Below, in pieces: positions 29,171-39,127 of a DNA stretch of 43,793 bases. Source of the DNA: Candidatus Egerieousia excrementavium. Lineage in GTDB: Bacteria > Bacteroidota > Bacteroidia > Bacteroidales > UBA932. Below the pieces are notes generated by a model. The model saw only the letters and a program-made list of their open reading frames with translations, had not been told where the DNA came from and ran no database searches. The stretch spans positions 1-43,793 of the forward strand of contig JADINB010000136.1 of NCBI GenBank assembly GCA_017694275.1, given 5' to 3'. Made by a program: the position numbers and the translations under genes. Every line of letters begins with the position of its first letter. Position 1 is the stretch's first letter.

Positions 29171-30124
29171 CTATTTTTCCGATTCCGCAACTATATACTT
29201 TTCTATCATGAAAACCGGATGGTATTGCAGTTTGGCCTTGCGCAGCCCCTCGTCTCCTGCATCATCCTCCCTGTTTACATATTTGAAGCCTATGTCTGAT
29301 TCATTTTCCGGAGACAGAATACCGTCTGGAAGGTTGCTGCAATGTAGCAGGAATTCTCTGCTGATTGTGGGATAGGCACCCTGAATATCTGCAAAAGCCT
29401 TTTCTATATGTACCAGAAAAGTATCGCTGTTGAGCATCTCGCCAATTGAAAAGGCCACTACTTTTCCGGAGAGCCGCAACAGCCCGCCTTTGAGACCAAG
29501 TGCCTCGAAATTCTTTAGCGCACACCTTACCGAACAACTCTCCTGTGAGAGTGAACTGTCTTTTGTGCATCCGTAAAGATGGCACCACTCTTCATTCATT
29601 TGCCAGCACTCCTGCAAATTATCTTTGGTTACAGGCTCAAAGGCCCAGTCCGGGTTGGATTTGAAACGTGAGACAAAATTTCTTTTTGACTGGAATTTCT
29701 TGCCTTTCAGCGTTATGAGGTCCAGTGCAGAATAAACATAGTCGAAACTGTTTCTGGCCGATGTATAACTGAACCGTCCGGGATAGAGTTCTTCCAGGAT
29801 TTTTTTCTGTTCTTCCAAAACCGAAACAAGCGTGAAGGGAGAGTTTTGCCTTGCCGCATCCTCCATTATGAAATCCAATGCTTTTTTTATATCACCTCTT
29901 CCGGCGGGAAATATGTAGGTAAATCCGGTTTCGCGATCCCCGGAGCGTATAAGCAGGAAATCGTCAAGCCGTGCAATCCTGGTTTTATAAGTATCCTTCC
30001 AGATATACAGAACCGTAAAGTTGTATTCCGTGGAGCGGTAGTCGCTGTAGTGCAGAAGTGAATTTGCCCACTGCCTGTCTGAAATCTCTATATCCTTGAA
30101 AATATCCTTGAAGTCTGTATTCAT
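29171..30124 (-). CDS. DUF2156 domain protein (resembles the C-terminal transferase domain of aminoacyl-phosphatidylglycerol synthase MprF)
   Basis: I recognise the overall sequence as the stand-alone DUF2156 family (YNFTVLYIWKDTY..., FLVHIEKA). I trimmed the start to MNTDFKD (ATG at 30124), which removes the overlap with the upstream gene. Confidence 0.6.
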   Translation of the reverse strand: MNTDFKDIFKDIEISDRQWANSLLHYSDYRSTEYNFTVLYIWKDTYKTRIARLDDFLLIRSGDRETGFTYIFPAGRGDIKKALDFIMEDAARQNSPFTLVSVLEEQKKILEELYPGRFSYTSARNSFDYVYSALDLITLKGKKFQSKRNFVSRFKSNPDWAFEPVTKDNLQECWQMNEEWCHLYGCTKDSSLSQESCSVRCALKNFEALGLKGGLLRLSGKVVAFSIGEMLNSDTFLVHIEKAFADIQGAYPTISREFLLHCSNLPDGILSPENESDIGFKYVNREDDAGDEGLRKAKLQYHPVFMIEKYIVAESEK

Positions 30125-30129
30125 TACTA

Positions 30130-31527
30130 TTATTCCTCCTCCAGCCATTTTCTTATTGTCTCAACGGCCTCTTTCTGCATTTTCTCAGGGAGAGTGCCTA
30201 TTCTTGCACGATGGCTTCCCTTGGGGTCTATAAACAGAAACATTGTGTTGCGTCCGCGCCCCTTGTCTTTCAGTTTTTCATTCTTTACCGGCCCGACAGG
30301 CATAACCGCACTCCACGGGTCATATTCCCCGTAAATAAACAGCATTTTAGATGAAGTGGTGTCGAGAAAGCGGTTTATGTCTTTGTAAAGGTACTTGTCG
30401 AACTTGAACTGCTGTTTTGGCAAAAAGAGAGAGTCCAGATAATTTTCTGCGTTTTTTGTCACCAGAAGCCCCCTGAAGGGTCCGGTATCATATCCGTAGT
30501 AGCCCAACTCCTTGGCTGCCTGAACAAAAAAAGGATCTTGCTCGCTTCCTTCCGCAAAATATTCAGGCCCGCTTATCTTAAGAAGAAAATCGAACATTTC
30601 TTGGTCTGTGGCATGTGCCGGATCTGGAACAATGTCGGTAGTGTAGCCCCACTGCCAGAATGCAAAAGGCAGCTCCAGAACGCAGAAGTCATATATCTTG
30701 CTCAAGCAGACTCTGTAAGTATAACCTTTTTCCTTTGTGAGCCTCTCAAGCATGGGCTCAATGCCGGAGCGTCTTTTAAGGAACTCTTTCTGGAATTCCC
30801 TTAGAATTTCCCTGTCGTGGCGTGTGCCTGCCCGTTTTGCAAGAAAAGGCTCGTGCCGCCCGTCTTCCTTTGCATAGCATACCGGTCCGACATAAGGGAC
30901 GGAAATATCTATATCTTCTGGATAGTATGCCGTGTAGAACATAGCGGTCTGGCCTCCCTTGCTTATTCCGCTGGCTATCCATTTGCCCTTGTAAATCTCT
31001 TTCAGAAGGCGGGTTACGTTATGCAGGTCTGCCGCTTCGTTTTTGGCGGTCATGTAGTCCCAGTCAAGAGTGTCGAATGTAATTGACGAGTCATTCTGCA
31101 TAAAAGGTATTGAACTTCCGAAATACCTGTGCTCTACCTCCACTATGTTGGTATTGAAAAGGTCAGACAGCTCGTTCCCGTAGCCGGGTGCCTCTCCGCG
31201 CGAGTTATACCCTTCGGTTACCAGCAGTGTCGGATTTTCGTATCCGCAGTGCATCAGCACGACCTTCTGCAGGAATGTGCCTGCTGCAGGGTCTGTGTGG
31301 TCTACCGGCTGTTCTATGAAGAAGATTATTTTTCTGGAGTACTTGTCAAATATTGGTAAGTCTGACATTCTCCCCTCTCTGAAGCCCGATACTTCAAGGC
31401 CGCATCTGTCTGCTGCCATGGCAATCTGTTGCTCGAGGCTTTTCTCTGTGCCGCCGGCGCAGATGGTTGTTGAAACAAGAAAAAACAGGGCGAATGACGC
31501 TCCTAAAATACGTGTGGCTATCTGCAT
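30130..31527 (-). CDS. Secreted S28/S37-type serine peptidase (alpha/beta hydrolase)
   Basis: Signal peptide, then FFIEQPVDHTDP, TEGYN, VEHRYFGSS, and the nucleophile region SGISKGG. Confidence 0.7.
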   Translation of the reverse strand: MQIATRILGASFALFFLVSTTICAGGTEKSLEQQIAMAADRCGLEVSGFREGRMSDLPIFDKYSRKIIFFIEQPVDHTDPAAGTFLQKVVLMHCGYENPTLLVTEGYNSRGEAPGYGNELSDLFNTNIVEVEHRYFGSSIPFMQNDSSITFDTLDWDYMTAKNEAADLHNVTRLLKEIYKGKWIASGISKGGQTAMFYTAYYPEDIDISVPYVGPVCYAKEDGRHEPFLAKRAGTRHDREILREFQKEFLKRRSGIEPMLERLTKEKGYTYRVCLSKIYDFCVLELPFAFWQWGYTTDIVPDPAHATDQEMFDFLLKISGPEYFAEGSEQDPFFVQAAKELGYYGYDTGPFRGLLVTKNAENYLDSLFLPKQQFKFDKYLYKDINRFLDTTSSKMLFIYGEYDPWSAVMPVGPVKNEKLKDKGRGRNTMFLFIDPKGSHRARIGTLPEKMQKEAVETIRKWLEEE

Positions 31528-31550
31528 AAGGGAATATTTAATATCGGCCC

Positions 31551-31558
31551 CAAATTTA
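31551..31558 (-). promoter_or_regulatory. -7 box (TAAATTTG on the minus strand) for the S28-DUF2156 transcript
   Basis: Matches TAnnTTTG, 24 bp upstream of the ATG at 31527. Confidence 0.4.
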
Positions 31559-31578
31559 AGGATTTTAATTAAAATTGC

Positions 31579-31586
31579 TACCTTTG
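31579..31586 (+). promoter_or_regulatory. -7 box (TACCTTTG) for tyrS
   Basis: Matches TAnnTTTG, 66 bp upstream of the ATG at 31652. Confidence 0.4.
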
Positions 31587-31651
31587 CGAACTATTATATA
31601 ATCATATAAACAACTGTTAAAAAGAGTATAAGACTTTAAAAGTATCATTCG

Positions 31652-32941
31652 ATGAAGAATTTTATTGAGGAACTTACGTGGAGAGGCATGATTCACACGG
31701 TAATGCCCGGAACAGAAGAGCAGCTTATGAAGGAGCAGACAGCAGGCTATGTAGGCATAGACCCTACGGCAGATTCCCTTCATATAGGCCATCTTGTGAG
31801 CGTAATGATTCTTAAGCATTTTCAAAATTGCGGCCATAAGCCATATGTACTGGTTGGCGGAGCGACTGGCATGATAGGAGATCCTTCAATGAAAAGTGCG
31901 GAGCGCAACCTGCTTTCACTGGAGACTCTGCGCCACAATCAGGAAGCCATTAAAAGACAGCTCTCCAGGTTTCTGGATTTTAATTCAGACAGGCCGAACG
32001 CTGCCGTTATGGTCAACAATTATGATTGGATGAAAGATTATCTTTTTCTGGATTTTATCCGCGATATAGGAAAGCATATAACCGTAAACTACATGATGAG
32101 CAAGGACAGCGTGCAGAAAAGGCTCAGCGGGGAGGCGCGTGAAGGCTTGTCCTTTACCGAGTTTTCATACCAGCTGATTCAGGGCTACGATTTCCTCTAC
32201 CTGAACAAGCATGAAAACTGCAAGCTGCAGATGGGAGGCAGCGACCAGTGGGGAAACATAACCACTGGAACAGAACTTATCCGCAGAATCACGGGTAACG
32301 AAGCTTACGCCCTTGTATGCCCGCTTATTACAAAGGCCGATGGCGGTAAATTCGGAAAAACCGAATCCGGAAACGTATGGCTGGATGCAAACTATACCTC
32401 TCCCTATGCTTTCTACCAGTTCTGGATGAACGTGAGCGATGAGGATGCCAGGAAATACATTAAGATATTTACCATGCTTACCCGTGAGGAGATAGAGCAG
32501 GCAATAGAGCAGCACGACAAGGAACCTCATCTTAGAATACTTCAGAAGATGCTGGCAAAGGAGGTGACCATCATGGTGCATGGCGAACATGAATACCAGA
32601 AAGCAGTTGATGCTTCTGCAATTCTCTTTGGAAACGCCACATCTGAGGCTCTCAAGAAGCTTGATGAGCGTACGTTCCTTTCAGTATTCGAGGGTGTGCC
32701 CCAGTTCGACCTTTCCAAAGACAAGCTCGGCGGAAACGTCCTGGATCTTCTTGCAGTGGATTCAAAAGTATTCCCTTCAAAGGGTGAATGCCGCAAGATG
32801 ATACAGGCAAACGGGCTGAGCATAAACAAGGAGAAGTATGCAGACATTAACGGTGCTCTCACGGCAGAATACCTTATAAACGGCAAGTATATTCTTGTCC
32901 AGAAAGGAAAGAAGAATTATTTCATACTTAAATTCATTTAG
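31652..32941 (+). CDS. tyrS: Tyrosine--tRNA ligase
   Basis: HIGH motif (SLHIGHL), a KMSKS-like KFGKT, and a C-terminal S4-like domain. Confidence 0.95.
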   Translation: MKNFIEELTWRGMIHTVMPGTEEQLMKEQTAGYVGIDPTADSLHIGHLVSVMILKHFQNCGHKPYVLVGGATGMIGDPSMKSAERNLLSLETLRHNQEAIKRQLSRFLDFNSDRPNAAVMVNNYDWMKDYLFLDFIRDIGKHITVNYMMSKDSVQKRLSGEAREGLSFTEFSYQLIQGYDFLYLNKHENCKLQMGGSDQWGNITTGTELIRRITGNEAYALVCPLITKADGGKFGKTESGNVWLDANYTSPYAFYQFWMNVSDEDARKYIKIFTMLTREEIEQAIEQHDKEPHLRILQKMLAKEVTIMVHGEHEYQKAVDASAILFGNATSEALKKLDERTFLSVFEGVPQFDLSKDKLGGNVLDLLAVDSKVFPSKGECRKMIQANGLSINKEKYADINGALTAEYLINGKYILVQKGKKNYFILKFI

Positions 32942-32952
32942 AAATCAGGACA

Positions 32953-33303
32953 ATGATGGAAGGGGAAAGTACAAGACAGCAGAAAATAGCCAGGCAGTTG
33001 CAACGAGATCTGGCAGAGATTATCCGCAGCAAGGGCATGGCGGCGTACGGTGGCGCTATGGTAACGGTCAGCGAGGTGAGAATTACTCCAGACCTCTCTC
33101 TGGCAAAAGTCTATGTGAGTATCTTTCCCTCCTCCAAGGCCGGAGCCGTAATGGAGATCATTCAGAATTCCTCAAGGCAGTTGAGGGGAGAGCTTGGACA
33201 TCTTGTGGCAAAGCAGCTCAGAATAGTTCCGGAACTGGCCTTTTATCAGGATACCACGCTCGATTATGCCGAGCACATAGATGAACTTCTAAAAAAACAA
33301 TAG
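32953..33303 (+). CDS. rbfA: Ribosome-binding factor A
   Basis: Length is 116 aa, with VTVSEVRITPDLSLAKVYVS and IVPELAFYQD. Confidence 0.9.
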   Translation: MMEGESTRQQKIARQLQRDLAEIIRSKGMAAYGGAMVTVSEVRITPDLSLAKVYVSIFPSSKAGAVMEIIQNSSRQLRGELGHLVAKQLRIVPELAFYQDTTLDYAEHIDELLKKQ

Positions 33304-33304
33304 T

Positions 33305-34528
33305 GTGCACCTGCCGTTTTTCATAGCAAGGCGTTATCTTTTTTCAAAGAAGTCGCACAATGTAATAAATGTTATCTCTATAATAAGTGCGGCAGGAATA
33401 TGTATAGGAAGTATGGCTCTTATAGTCATACTTTCTGTATATAACGGTTTCGACTCAATCATAAAGTCGTTCTATGAAAAGCACCAGCCGGATTTTGTGA
33501 TAACAGCGGCAAAAGGAAAGAACTTTTCTGCCGGAGAAAGGGAGATATTGCAGCTTTTGGACTCTGATGAATTCCGATACAAGGCGCAGGTTGTAGAGGA
33601 ATATGTCTTTTTAAGTTATGGAGAAAGGGAATCTGTCGCTACAATCGTGGGGGTGGATTCTCTCTATGGGGCGGCGAGCGGAGTGGGCGAAGAACTTTCC
33701 GAAGGGGAATTTGTACTTATGCGCGGCGACATACCCCATGCGGTGGTAGGTGCAGAGCTTGCTGCCAGACTCCGCCTGAGAACCCGCTTTGTTGAATCCA
33801 TAGAACTTTATTTTCCTGATACAAAGAGTGGGGGCATGGCTCTCAATAATGAGACCTTATACCCGTCGGGTATCATATCTCTCGACAAGGAGTTCGACGG
33901 TGGCGGACTTTTCGTCCCGCTTGCGGTAGCAAGGAAGTTGCTGGGTTATGCTCCGTCGGAGGTAAATTCCATTGAGCTTTACCTGGACAATCCGCAGGAA
34001 GCAAAAAAGGTCGAGAAGGAGCTTGCCCGGCTTCTTGAATCTGCAGACTTGAGTGAAAAGGCAGCAGCGCATGGAGGATATGTGTTGAAAAACAGGTATG
34101 AGCAGAACGAGACCCTCTACAAGATGATGCGTTCTGAGCGGTTTGCCGTATTCCTGATACTTTTTTTCGTGATAATCATAATATCTGTGAATATTTTCGG
34201 CTCCCTCTCCATGCTCATACTGGATAAGCGTGACGACATTCAGACATATAAGGCATTGGGCGCTTCACCGTCTATGGTTTCAAGGATTTTTGTATTGCAA
34301 GGGTGGCTTGTCTCTCTTATAGGTGCGATAGCGGGAATAGCGGCAGGCCTGCTGTTGTGTTATCTGCAGAAGGAGTTTGGAATAATTTCTCTGCCAGGAA
34401 ACTATATCATAAGCCAGTATCCGGTAGAGGTTCATGTTTCAGATGTGCTTATAACATTTGCGGGAATTGCAGTTGTAGGTTATTTGATTGCTATTCTGCC
34501 GGTTAGAAGAAGCAGGGGAAATTTTTGA
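33305..34528 (+). CDS. FtsX-like ABC transporter permease (LolC/E-like)
   Basis: A GTG start gives (M)HLPFFIARRYLFSKK, the typical family N-terminus. The topology is one TM segment, a large periplasmic loop, then 3 C-terminal TM segments (FtsX domain). Confidence 0.85.
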   Translation: MHLPFFIARRYLFSKKSHNVINVISIISAAGICIGSMALIVILSVYNGFDSIIKSFYEKHQPDFVITAAKGKNFSAGEREILQLLDSDEFRYKAQVVEEYVFLSYGERESVATIVGVDSLYGAASGVGEELSEGEFVLMRGDIPHAVVGAELAARLRLRTRFVESIELYFPDTKSGGMALNNETLYPSGIISLDKEFDGGGLFVPLAVARKLLGYAPSEVNSIELYLDNPQEAKKVEKELARLLESADLSEKAAAHGGYVLKNRYEQNETLYKMMRSERFAVFLILFFVIIIISVNIFGSLSMLILDKRDDIQTYKALGASPSMVSRIFVLQGWLVSLIGAIAGIAAGLLLCYLQKEFGIISLPGNYIISQYPVEVHVSDVLITFAGIAVVGYLIAILPVRRSRGNF

Positions 34529-34658
34529 AAAAAATTCAGTAATGAATGCAACAAAAACGGGCCTTCCTGCATCTTTAAGTCGTAGGTTTAGGTTTTAGTA
34601 CACAAAGAAGGGTTCCTTTTGTAGCAGAGAGGTGCCCTTTTTTTACTTTTATGCCTGT

Positions 34659-35426
34659 CTACTTGCTGAAAATTCCAAAAAGCGACGACCCGCTGCCGCT
34701 CATAGAGGCATAAAGCGCACCATCCCTGTACAATTGCTCCTTATACTCTGCAAGTTGTGGAAATTTCTTAAAGACATTCTCTTCAAAATCATTTACTATA
34801 AAATCCTTCCACTGTTCTACCGGGTAATGCAGCAATTCGCCCAGAGACCTTCTGTCACATCCTTCTTTTTTGTCTCTCGGCACTACTGTGCGATATGCCT
34901 CTGCCGTTGATACAAAGCATGGAGGCGTTACAACCTTTATGGTATAAAGACTTAAATCCAGAGGAAACGGTTCAAGAATGTCTCCACGCCCGGAACCGAT
35001 CATGGGGAGGTTTTCAATGAAAAAGGGGCAGTCGCTCCCCAGGCGGGAAGCGTACAGCCTCTTCTGCTTGTGAGTAAGGTTCAGGTTAAACAGTTTATCG
35101 AGCAGCAGGATGGTGTGGGCTCCGTCAGACGAACCTCCGCCCAGCCCGGCCCCTGCCGGAATGTTTTTAAAAAGACTTATCTCTACCGGGGGTATGTCGA
35201 AATCTTCCTTTACAAGATTATAGGCCCTGATGCAGATATTCTCTCCAGGCTTCCCTGGAATCTGTATCCCATACTCATTGAGAGTGAGTTCTGCAGATTC
35301 CACGATTTCCAGAATATCTGCTAGTTCAACAGGATAGAAGAGCGTTTCAATGTCGTGGAAACCATCCTCTCTTTTGCTTAATATCCTGAGTCCTATATTT
35401 ATTTTGGCGTTCGGATAGAGTATCAT
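34659..35426 (-). CDS. ispE: 4-(cytidine 5'-diphospho)-2-C-methyl-D-erythritol kinase
   Basis: N-terminal AKINIGLRI, followed by DGFH, and the GHMP kinase motif PAGAGLGGGSSDGA. Confidence 0.9.
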   Translation of the reverse strand: MILYPNAKINIGLRILSKREDGFHDIETLFYPVELADILEIVESAELTLNEYGIQIPGKPGENICIRAYNLVKEDFDIPPVEISLFKNIPAGAGLGGGSSDGAHTILLLDKLFNLNLTHKQKRLYASRLGSDCPFFIENLPMIGSGRGDILEPFPLDLSLYTIKVVTPPCFVSTAEAYRTVVPRDKKEGCDRRSLGELLHYPVEQWKDFIVNDFEENVFKKFPQLAEYKEQLYRDGALYASMSGSGSSLFGIFSK

Positions 35427-35439
35427 CTCATTCTGGCTG

Positions 35440-37959
35440 TTAACCGCATTTGGAATAGCCGCAGTTCTTGCAAACCAGGCATCCTTCCTGATAAATCAGA
35501 TCATCGCTCTGGCATTTGGGGCATTTTTTTCCGGTATCATCCTTTGTGCCGTCTGGAATATATTTTTTCAGACTTCTCTCCACTCCGTTCTTCCATGTGT
35601 TTATCGCCTCGCTGTCAAGTTCCAGTCCGTTGATAAGGTTTATTACGTCTACAATGGGCATTCCGTGCCTGAGGACTCCGGAAATGAGTTTCGCATAGTT
35701 CCAGTACTCTTTGTTGAACATGTGCGATATGCCGCCGATAATGTTGGTATAGCCGTATTTGTCTATGAAATGGAAGTCGTAGCGGCTCTTGCCTGTCTTT
35801 ATGTCGCGCTCCTTTACTATGAAGCCATGGTTTACACCTTTGGGTATGCTGCGTGAATCTTCGTCCAGAAGTCCGGTGAAAATTTCGTACGGTGCACCGT
35901 TCATCTTGCCTATGAGGGCTATCCAATGCTCCTTGCCGTTAAGGAAGCGGATAACGTCTGCCTCAAGTACCTTAGGGCGGATTTTGGGGCCGAGTACAGA
36001 CTTTTTCTCCTCCTTTGCCGCAACCAGCACTCCTGTACGGGAGCCGTCTCTGTATACGGTAACGCCTTTGCAGCCAACTTCCCAGGCTGTCTTGTATACG
36101 TCGGCTACAAGTTTTTCGGTTACGCTGTTGGGCAGATTTACGGTTACGCTTATGGAGTGGTCTACCCATTTCTGGATGCTGCCCTGCATCTTTACCTTTG
36201 CAACCCAGTCAATATCTGCCGAGGTGGCCTTGTGATAGGGCGACTTTTCTACAAGCTGGTATATCTGGTCTGTGCTCATGCCCTTTACCTGTTCTGCCGT
36301 ATATCCTTGTGTCTGGCACCATGTGAGGAACTTGTGGTGGAATACGTAATATTCCTCAAAGCAGTCTCCTACTTCGTCCTTTACCGAAATCTTTACGTTT
36401 TTGTCGTTAGGGTTAACCTTCTTCCTCCTTACATAGAATGGGAGGAAGACAGGCTCGATTCCTGACGTTGTCTGTGTCATGAGACTTGTTGTTCCGGTCG
36501 GAGCTATCGTAAGCATCGATATGTTTCTCCTTCCGTATTTGACCATCTCTTTATAGAGTTCACCGTCTGCTTCGCGTATTCTGTCTATCATGGGGTTGTT
36601 CTCCTCTCTCTTGGAGTCGTAGATGGGGAACGCGCCTCTTTCCTTTGCCATTATCACTGAAGAACGGTATGCGCTTACAGCAAGCGTCTTCTGTACTTCA
36701 ACAGCAAATGCAATGGCCTTGTCGTCTCCGTATCTGTATCCCAGGGCAGCAAGCATGTCCCCTTCTGCCGTAATTCCAAGACCAGTCCTTCTGCCTCCGA
36801 GCGATTTGCGCTCTATTTTTTTCCACAGTTCAATCTCTGTCCTCTTTATGTTTTCACTTTCAGGGTCAGACTCTACCTTGTGCAGAATGGCTGCAATCTT
36901 TTCCATTTCAAGGTCTACAAGATCGTCCATAAGGCGCATTGCCTTGATTACATGTTCCTTGAAAAGGTCGAAGTTGAACGAGGCCAACGGGGTGAACGGA
37001 TTGTCGACATAAGAGTAAAGGTTCATTGCAATCAGGCGGCATGAATCATACGGGCAGAGAGGAATCTCTCCGCAGGGATTTGTACTTACAGTCTTATATC
37101 CCAGATCTGCATAGCAGTCTGCAACCGATTCCCTTATGACCGTGTCCCAGAAAAGGACTCCCGGCTCTGCTGATTTCCATGCGTTGTGGATTATTTTTTG
37201 CCAGAGCTGGGCTGCACTGATGCTCTTTTTTACTTTAGGATTGTCGCTGTCTATGGGATACTGCTGTTCATAGGGTTCTCCGTTGAGGGCTGCCTTCATG
37301 AACTGGTCGTCTATCTTGACAGAGACATTGGCTCCGGTAACCTTGCCCTGTTCCATTTTTGCATCTATAAACGATTCTGCATCGGGATGCTTTATTGAAA
37401 TCGAGAGCATTAACGCTCCGCGTCTCCCGTCCTGCGCAACTTCCCTCGTAGAGTTGGAGTAGCGCTCCATGAACGGAACAACACCGGTAGAAGTCAGCGC
37501 ACTGTTAAGAACAGGACTTCCAGCGGGTCTTATATGTGAAAGGTCGTGTCCTACACCTCCGCGCCTTTTCATGAGCTGTACCTGTTCCTCATCTATCTTC
37601 ATTATGCCGCCGTAAGAATCCGATTCTCCTTCATTGCCTATGACAAAGCAGTTCGACAGCGAAGCTATCTGGTGGTCGTTGCCTATTCCGGCCATCGGAC
37701 CTCCCTGCGGAATGACATACCTGAAATCCTTGAGAAGTTCAAATATCTCGTCTTCGCTCATCGGGTTGGCATATTTCGACTCGATTCTGGCAAACTCCCT
37801 TGCAAGACGCCGGTGCATCTGTTCAGGCGATTTTTCATAAAGATTGCCGAAAGAGTCCTTCATGGCATATTTGCCCACCCAGACCGATGCGGCCAGTTCG
37901 TCTCCTTTGAAATATTCGATGCTCTCTTCAAGCGCTTCTTTGTTGGTGTAGGTCTTCAT
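35440..37959 (-). CDS. nrdJ: Adenosylcobalamin-dependent (class II) ribonucleotide reductase
   Basis: Length is 839 aa. It has the active-site region SNPCGEIPL, a TIAPTGT motif, and a C-terminal Cys-rich tail CPKCQSDDLIYQEGCLVCKNCGYSKCG. Confidence 0.9.
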   Translation of the reverse strand: MKTYTNKEALEESIEYFKGDELAASVWVGKYAMKDSFGNLYEKSPEQMHRRLAREFARIESKYANPMSEDEIFELLKDFRYVIPQGGPMAGIGNDHQIASLSNCFVIGNEGESDSYGGIMKIDEEQVQLMKRRGGVGHDLSHIRPAGSPVLNSALTSTGVVPFMERYSNSTREVAQDGRRGALMLSISIKHPDAESFIDAKMEQGKVTGANVSVKIDDQFMKAALNGEPYEQQYPIDSDNPKVKKSISAAQLWQKIIHNAWKSAEPGVLFWDTVIRESVADCYADLGYKTVSTNPCGEIPLCPYDSCRLIAMNLYSYVDNPFTPLASFNFDLFKEHVIKAMRLMDDLVDLEMEKIAAILHKVESDPESENIKRTEIELWKKIERKSLGGRRTGLGITAEGDMLAALGYRYGDDKAIAFAVEVQKTLAVSAYRSSVIMAKERGAFPIYDSKREENNPMIDRIREADGELYKEMVKYGRRNISMLTIAPTGTTSLMTQTTSGIEPVFLPFYVRRKKVNPNDKNVKISVKDEVGDCFEEYYVFHHKFLTWCQTQGYTAEQVKGMSTDQIYQLVEKSPYHKATSADIDWVAKVKMQGSIQKWVDHSISVTVNLPNSVTEKLVADVYKTAWEVGCKGVTVYRDGSRTGVLVAAKEEKKSVLGPKIRPKVLEADVIRFLNGKEHWIALIGKMNGAPYEIFTGLLDEDSRSIPKGVNHGFIVKERDIKTGKSRYDFHFIDKYGYTNIIGGISHMFNKEYWNYAKLISGVLRHGMPIVDVINLINGLELDSEAINTWKNGVERSLKKYIPDGTKDDTGKKCPKCQSDDLIYQEGCLVCKNCGYSKCG

Positions 37960-37989
37960 TATAATAACTATTTGAAAATGAATAAAGAA

Positions 37990-38020
37990 AACAAATACTC
38001 CCGCCTTTTGGAAAGGGGGA
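37990..38020 (-). terminator. Terminator after sufD
   Basis: On the minus strand, TCCCCCTTTCCAAAAGGCGGGA is followed by GTATTTGTTTTCTTTATT. Confidence 0.5.
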
Positions 38021-38101
38021 ATAGTTGATGCAAGTTATGCTATTTTATACGAAGTTTAAAAGTTGCCGGCCAATATTTATCAACAAAATAGTAACAATAG
38101 C

Positions 38102-39127
38102 CTAGCAGCAGTGTCTGTCACAGTTTTGGCACTCCGAAAATTCTCCTCTCAGCCGGCTTTCGATCAGAGATGTCAGCCGCTCCCTGAGTTCCGGATTGGC
38201 AAGGTCTTCTATCGTGGCATTTGCAAATGCCTGCTGCTGGAGAAGTTTGGCCTCCTCTAGGCTGATTCCACGCGAACGCATGTAGAAAAGTTCGTCTTCG
38301 TCCAGACTGCCTACTGTTGCCCCGTGCGAACATTTTACATCATCTGCATATATTTCGAGATGGGGTTTCGTATAGGCTGTCGCATTGTCTGAAGAAAGGA
38401 GGTTGTTGTTTGCCTGATATGCCTCTGTTTTCTGAGCATCCTTTTCAACATAGATTGTCCCGCTGAAACGGGTTACGGCATTGCCGTCGAGTATGCCCTT
38501 GAAAAGCTGGTTGCTTTTGCACTCTCCTGCGTTATGGTAAATGTTCACGCAATTTGATATTTCCTGGTTCCCTCCTGCAAGATATAACCCGTGCAGATTG
38601 CACTCTCCGCCTTTGCCGTTGAGGCTTATGTTTATCTTGTTGTCGATTTTTCCGCCGTGCAGGGTTACCAGATGCAGTTTGCAGATGGCGTCTCTGCCTA
38701 TTTCGATATTTATGGATGTATTGTGATGCGACCTGTCATGCTCGTTCTGCATGATTACAAGATTGAGCCTGCCGCACTGGCTTATGTTTATATCAAGCTT
38801 CTCCTTTGTCTGGAATCCGTTCATTGTGAAGGTATGGGAGCAGAGAAGCAGCGACGCCTCCGAATTTTCCTCTACGGATATGGAGTTGCCGTACTCCAGC
38901 GTGCCGTCTGTATTGTGGCTTCTTATGGAAATTATCTGCAATATCTTGCCAGATGGGGAGTCTTTGCCGAACGAGATTTCATATCCTTTTCCGCTCTTGC
39001 CCTTTTTAAGCCCTGTACTGCCCTCCTGCTGCAGGGTGCCGTCAACGACAAATGCCTGGAGTGTCTCCCTGAGAGGCACTCTGCATTTGAAATAGTCAGA
39101 CTGCGGGGTGTATATGTAATTTACCAT
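38102..39127 (-). CDS. sufD: Fe-S cluster assembly protein SufD
   Basis: A beta-helix repeat region and the C-terminal KCSHGATVGSLDEDELFYMRSRGI, typical of SufB/SufD. It overlaps the sufC stop by 1 nt. Confidence 0.85.
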   Translation of the reverse strand: MVNYIYTPQSDYFKCRVPLRETLQAFVVDGTLQQEGSTGLKKGKSGKGYEISFGKDSPSGKILQIISIRSHNTDGTLEYGNSISVEENSEASLLLCSHTFTMNGFQTKEKLDINISQCGRLNLVIMQNEHDRSHHNTSINIEIGRDAICKLHLVTLHGGKIDNKINISLNGKGGECNLHGLYLAGGNQEISNCVNIYHNAGECKSNQLFKGILDGNAVTRFSGTIYVEKDAQKTEAYQANNNLLSSDNATAYTKPHLEIYADDVKCSHGATVGSLDEDELFYMRSRGISLEEAKLLQQQAFANATIEDLANPELRERLTSLIESRLRGEFSECQNCDRHCC

